Positions 57,932 to 60,238 of a DNA stretch of 60,238 nucleotides are shown here, in pieces. The stretch covers positions 1-60,238 of the forward strand of contig DATDTM010000027.1 of NCBI GenBank assembly GCA_035290865.1, read 5' to 3'. The notes beneath the pieces are model-generated. The model was not told where the DNA came from. It searched no databases and saw only the letters and a program-made list of their open reading frames with translations. The stretch is from Candidatus Nanoarchaeia archaeon (GTDB taxonomy: Archaea; Nanobdellota; Nanobdellia; Woesearchaeales; GW2011-AR9). The translations under genes and the position numbers were made by a program. The first letter of the stretch is position 1. The number at the start of each line of letters is the position of its first letter.

Positions 57932-58006
57932 GCCCCTGTAGCTTAGCCTGGTTCGAGCGAACGGCTGTTAACCGTTAGATCACCAGTTCAAATCTGGTCA
58001 GGGGCG
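57932..58006 (+). tRNA. tRNA-Asn(GTT), intronless
   Basis: GCCCCTG/CAGGGGC acceptor stem, AACGG-CTGTTAA-CCGTT anticodon arm, ACCAG-TTCAAAT-CTGGT T arm, G73. Confidence 0.95.
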
Positions 58007-58084
58007 GCTTTTATTTTTAAGCATATATTTTGAACCATCAAAATATATAAATATCTTTGAAAAATGAAAAATTAAGAGATTAAA

Positions 58085-58939
58085 ATGATTGGAGAAAAAC
58101 TAAGAAGAAATCAGGGAGTAATCTGGGGAATTAGAGAACAAAATTCTCCCGTAGAATCAGATGCCCATTTTTCCAAGAATCTAGAGGCAGCAGTAAAGTT
58201 ATGCGAAGCAGCAGAAGATTATCAAGTTCATTTCCTGGATCATGAATGGTCTTCCGAGGTAAACCTAAGTTTATTTAATCATTTTCTTCGTTGGGGCGTA
58301 AAAGTAGAGTTTGTTTTTCCTGATAATGCTGAGGAACCTGATCATAACCTTTTTTTCTATCAATGTTCAATAGGTTATGGGGGCAGAAGTAATGCTGAAG
58401 GCAGAAGTGAGCAATATTCCCTAGGAAGAAAAGATGTTTTAGAAGCAGTCAGAGATTGGCAAAACCAGCCTGGGTTCAATTTCACTCAGAAAGAAATGTT
58501 TGCTTATATGGATCTACAGGTAGCCGCAGGGAAATATTGGAATTTAGAGCGAAGAGATGCTCTTCCGCTCTCTCCGAAAGCCGTGGATAAGGCTAAATCC
58601 ATGTTTCGATGGTTAGTTGAAAAATATCCCTTATTTGAGGCTAACGAAGGTTTGGATGTTTATAATTTTCCCGGGGCCCAGTTTGATTTAAACTATTCTA
58701 AATTTTCTAGTTGGAAAACTGCTCTGGTGAATTGTTTGACTCAAAGGGTCTTAGAAGTTACTTTTGATGATGAGCGCTCTTCAGTATATTGTTACCAATA
58801 CATTTACCCGCCATTGGAACAGTTGGGAAGAGGAATTGTTACCAGTCGGCATGGTTTCCCAGAGATGAGCAAAGGACAAAGACCAACTATAACTAAACTT
58901 GATGATCTAGTAAAGTATGTAGACTGGGTGAAAGAATAA
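58085..58939 (+). CDS. Hypothetical protein downstream of tRNA-Asn
   Basis: 284-aa ORF; no motif recognised. Confidence 0.7.
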   Translation: MIGEKLRRNQGVIWGIREQNSPVESDAHFSKNLEAAVKLCEAAEDYQVHFLDHEWSSEVNLSLFNHFLRWGVKVEFVFPDNAEEPDHNLFFYQCSIGYGGRSNAEGRSEQYSLGRKDVLEAVRDWQNQPGFNFTQKEMFAYMDLQVAAGKYWNLERRDALPLSPKAVDKAKSMFRWLVEKYPLFEANEGLDVYNFPGAQFDLNYSKFSSWKTALVNCLTQRVLEVTFDDERSSVYCYQYIYPPLEQLGRGIVTSRHGFPEMSKGQRPTITKLDDLVKYVDWVKE

Positions 58940-58982
58940 AAATAATCTTTGCATAATTACTATACTGTTTTAAAACTCCATA

Positions 58983-59240
58983 TTATTTTAATCCCAACTC
59001 ATAAATCTCTTCGGCTAACTTTTCCATTAAACTAACATCAGCACATTTCTTAAACAATAATTCGCCATGGGCATGGACGATAACTTCTCCGGCTGCAGTT
59101 TTAATTACCAATAAAATAGGGGTTTCCATCAAGATCTCATATTGATTTTTTATTTTAATTAAATCCAGTTTTCTATTCTGTTTTAGTTTAGCGGAATAGG
59201 CAGCTTTAGTCTTGCATTTGGCTAGGGAAAAGTTAGTCAT
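58983..59240 (-). CDS. Hypothetical protein (ThiF/MoeB C-terminal-like possible)
   Basis: 85 aa, AKCKTK...HAHGELL; family call weak. Confidence 0.5.
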   Translation of the reverse strand: MTNFSLAKCKTKAAYSAKLKQNRKLDLIKIKNQYEILMETPILLVIKTAAGEVIVHAHGELLFKKCADVSLMEKLAEEIYELGLK

Positions 59241-59368
59241 AGGTTAGATCTAGAAGTAGTTTCTTATAAAATTTACTTCTTATTTCTTTAAATTAGTCCT
59301 TACTCGACCGAAGCCTTTATATACTAAAAATAGTTTATCAGCTATATCATTTAAGAGGTGATAGTCAA

Positions 59369-59734
59369 ATGGTTAAATCTTTAATTAAAAAAGAAAAAAT
59401 GGAGCTGCATAAAATAGCTCATTATACCTTCTTTGCGGGATTGTTAGTAACAATCATTGCGGGATTCTTTAGGAATGTTTTAAGTACAGAAATCTTGGTT
59501 ACTACTTTAGTTATCCTTGGATTTGTGGTAGGGTTGTTTAACTTAACTGCGAAGGAAACCATGCCTTTCCTAGTAGCATCAATTGCTTTAATGCTGGCAG
59601 GAATTGTTAATCTGGCTTTAATTCCAGGCGTAGGATTGTTTTTAAGATCAATCTTAAGCAATATTGTTGTTTTCGTGGTTCCGGGAGCAATCATCGTGGG
59701 CATGAAAACCATCTGGAAAATGGCTTCAGAATAA
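59369..59734 (+). CDS. Small 4-TM membrane protein
   Basis: VGLFNLTAKETMPFLVASIALM; SD GAGGTGA. Confidence 0.75.
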   Translation: MVKSLIKKEKMELHKIAHYTFFAGLLVTIIAGFFRNVLSTEILVTTLVILGFVVGLFNLTAKETMPFLVASIALMLAGIVNLALIPGVGLFLRSILSNIVVFVVPGAIIVGMKTIWKMASE

Positions 59735-59746
59735 ATAGAGGGCAAG

Positions 59747-59860
59747 ATGAATTTTAAAAGTATTGAATGTCCCCACTGCAAATTTAAATTTAATTCTTTT
59801 ATTTTTTCTGGTTTGAAAGCAGTCTATTGCCATTACTGTCATGGATGGGTCAAGGTTTAG
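59747..59860 (+). CDS. 37-aa zinc-ribbon microprotein (missed by the ORF track)
   Basis: MNFKSIECPHCKFKFNSFIFSGLKAVYCHYCHGWVKV; CxxC-16-CxxC; GAGGG SD. Confidence 0.55.
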   Translation: MNFKSIECPHCKFKFNSFIFSGLKAVYCHYCHGWVKV

Positions 59861-59901
59861 AAAAGAGTATTCTTAGATTTTTTTTGAATGTTTTTATTCA
59901 A

Positions 59902-60021
59902 TGAAAATGGGTCTGATACCCCGCAGCTTGCTGCGACCCATTTTCAATAAAGTCGTTTCCACCAATCTTTGATTGGTGGCGCACTCCTCAGTCAAAATGT
60001 TCAGCTCTTATACATTTTGAC
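59902..60021. repeat. Triple-hairpin element including copy B of the double-hairpin repeat
   Basis: 12-bp stem 59902-59913/59935-59946 enclosing CGCAGCTTGCTGCG; 9-bp stem 59959-59967/59971-59979; 10-bp stem 59991-60000/60012-60021. Confidence 0.8.
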
Positions 60022-60238
60022 AGATGAATTAGGGAAGAAAAAAGATGTGCCGTTCTACTTCCGGGAACGGCTGAGGATGCGAGACAAGATGAAAACAGAT
60101 GAAGCAAAGAAAGTGTATTCTTTGCGGAAAATTACGGTCGAGCCGGTGTATGGGAATATCAAGCAAAATTTAGGATTCAGGGAATTTCTTCTTCGGGGCA
60201 AGGAAAAGGTGAAGATTGAGTTTAATTTAGTCTGTATT
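60020..60238 (+). mobile_element. IS1182-family (DDE) transposase C-terminal fragment, 5'-truncated and cut by the window end
   Basis: Frame 2 reads ...RDKMKTDEAKKVYSLRKITVEPVYGNIKQNLGFREFLLRGKEKVKIEFNLVCI, the RKxTVEPVxGxIK...GFRxFxLRG signature; no upstream transposase body. Confidence 0.8.

Noticed and set aside
57648-57954. CRISPR mini-array (23-nt repeats with spacers)
   Set aside because: The repeat is the tRNA-Asn 5' end, the spacers are 140 and 98 nt and share homology with each other, and there are no cas genes in the window
57932-60238. tRNA-anchored integrative element from tRNA-Asn to the window end
   Set aside because: No integrase and no duplicated tRNA 3' end within the window; cannot be excluded beyond the edge

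Overview
A 60.2-kb, AT-rich, gene-dense archaeal chromosomal segment, most likely from a DPANN archaeon of the Woesearchaeota type. This is inferred from FEN1, RFC-L, PAN, EndA, L44e-S27e-aIF2alpha-Nop10, archaeal ValRS/GlyRS, an S-layer protein, TATA/BRE promoters and GGAGGTG SD sites; no database search was possible. Most of the window is housekeeping: translation and tRNA metabolism, DNA repair, purine salvage and S-layer. It is interspersed with single orphan genes, three HEPN/nucleotidyltransferase pairs and a truncated IS1182-like transposase at the right edge. No rRNA, CRISPR array, cas gene, integrase or intein was seen. The most unusual signals are non-coding. (1) An intact tRNA-Asn(GTT) is preceded by two units, each made of the same 23-nt tRNA 5' fragment (ending in the D-loop), a variable hairpin and a conserved 27-nt tail. 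(2) A tRNA-Val(GAC) carries two non-canonical BHB introns (20a/21 and 59/60). (3) A double-hairpin element occurs twice, 55 kb apart, with compensatory base changes. (4) A HEPN-NTase cassette is bracketed by a duplicated transketolase gene start. (5) There is a K-turn/C-D-like small RNA candidate. Protein-level points of interest are a guaB-like gene that looks more like a CBS-domain GMP reductase, a stand-alone diadenylate cyclase domain, RNase HII and HIII 1.5 kb apart, a radical SAM-AlaX-Lrp cluster and a 698-aa split TIM barrel. Three real small genes below the ORF-track cutoff were added: a DUF5679-like protein, Nop10 and a 37-aa zinc ribbon.
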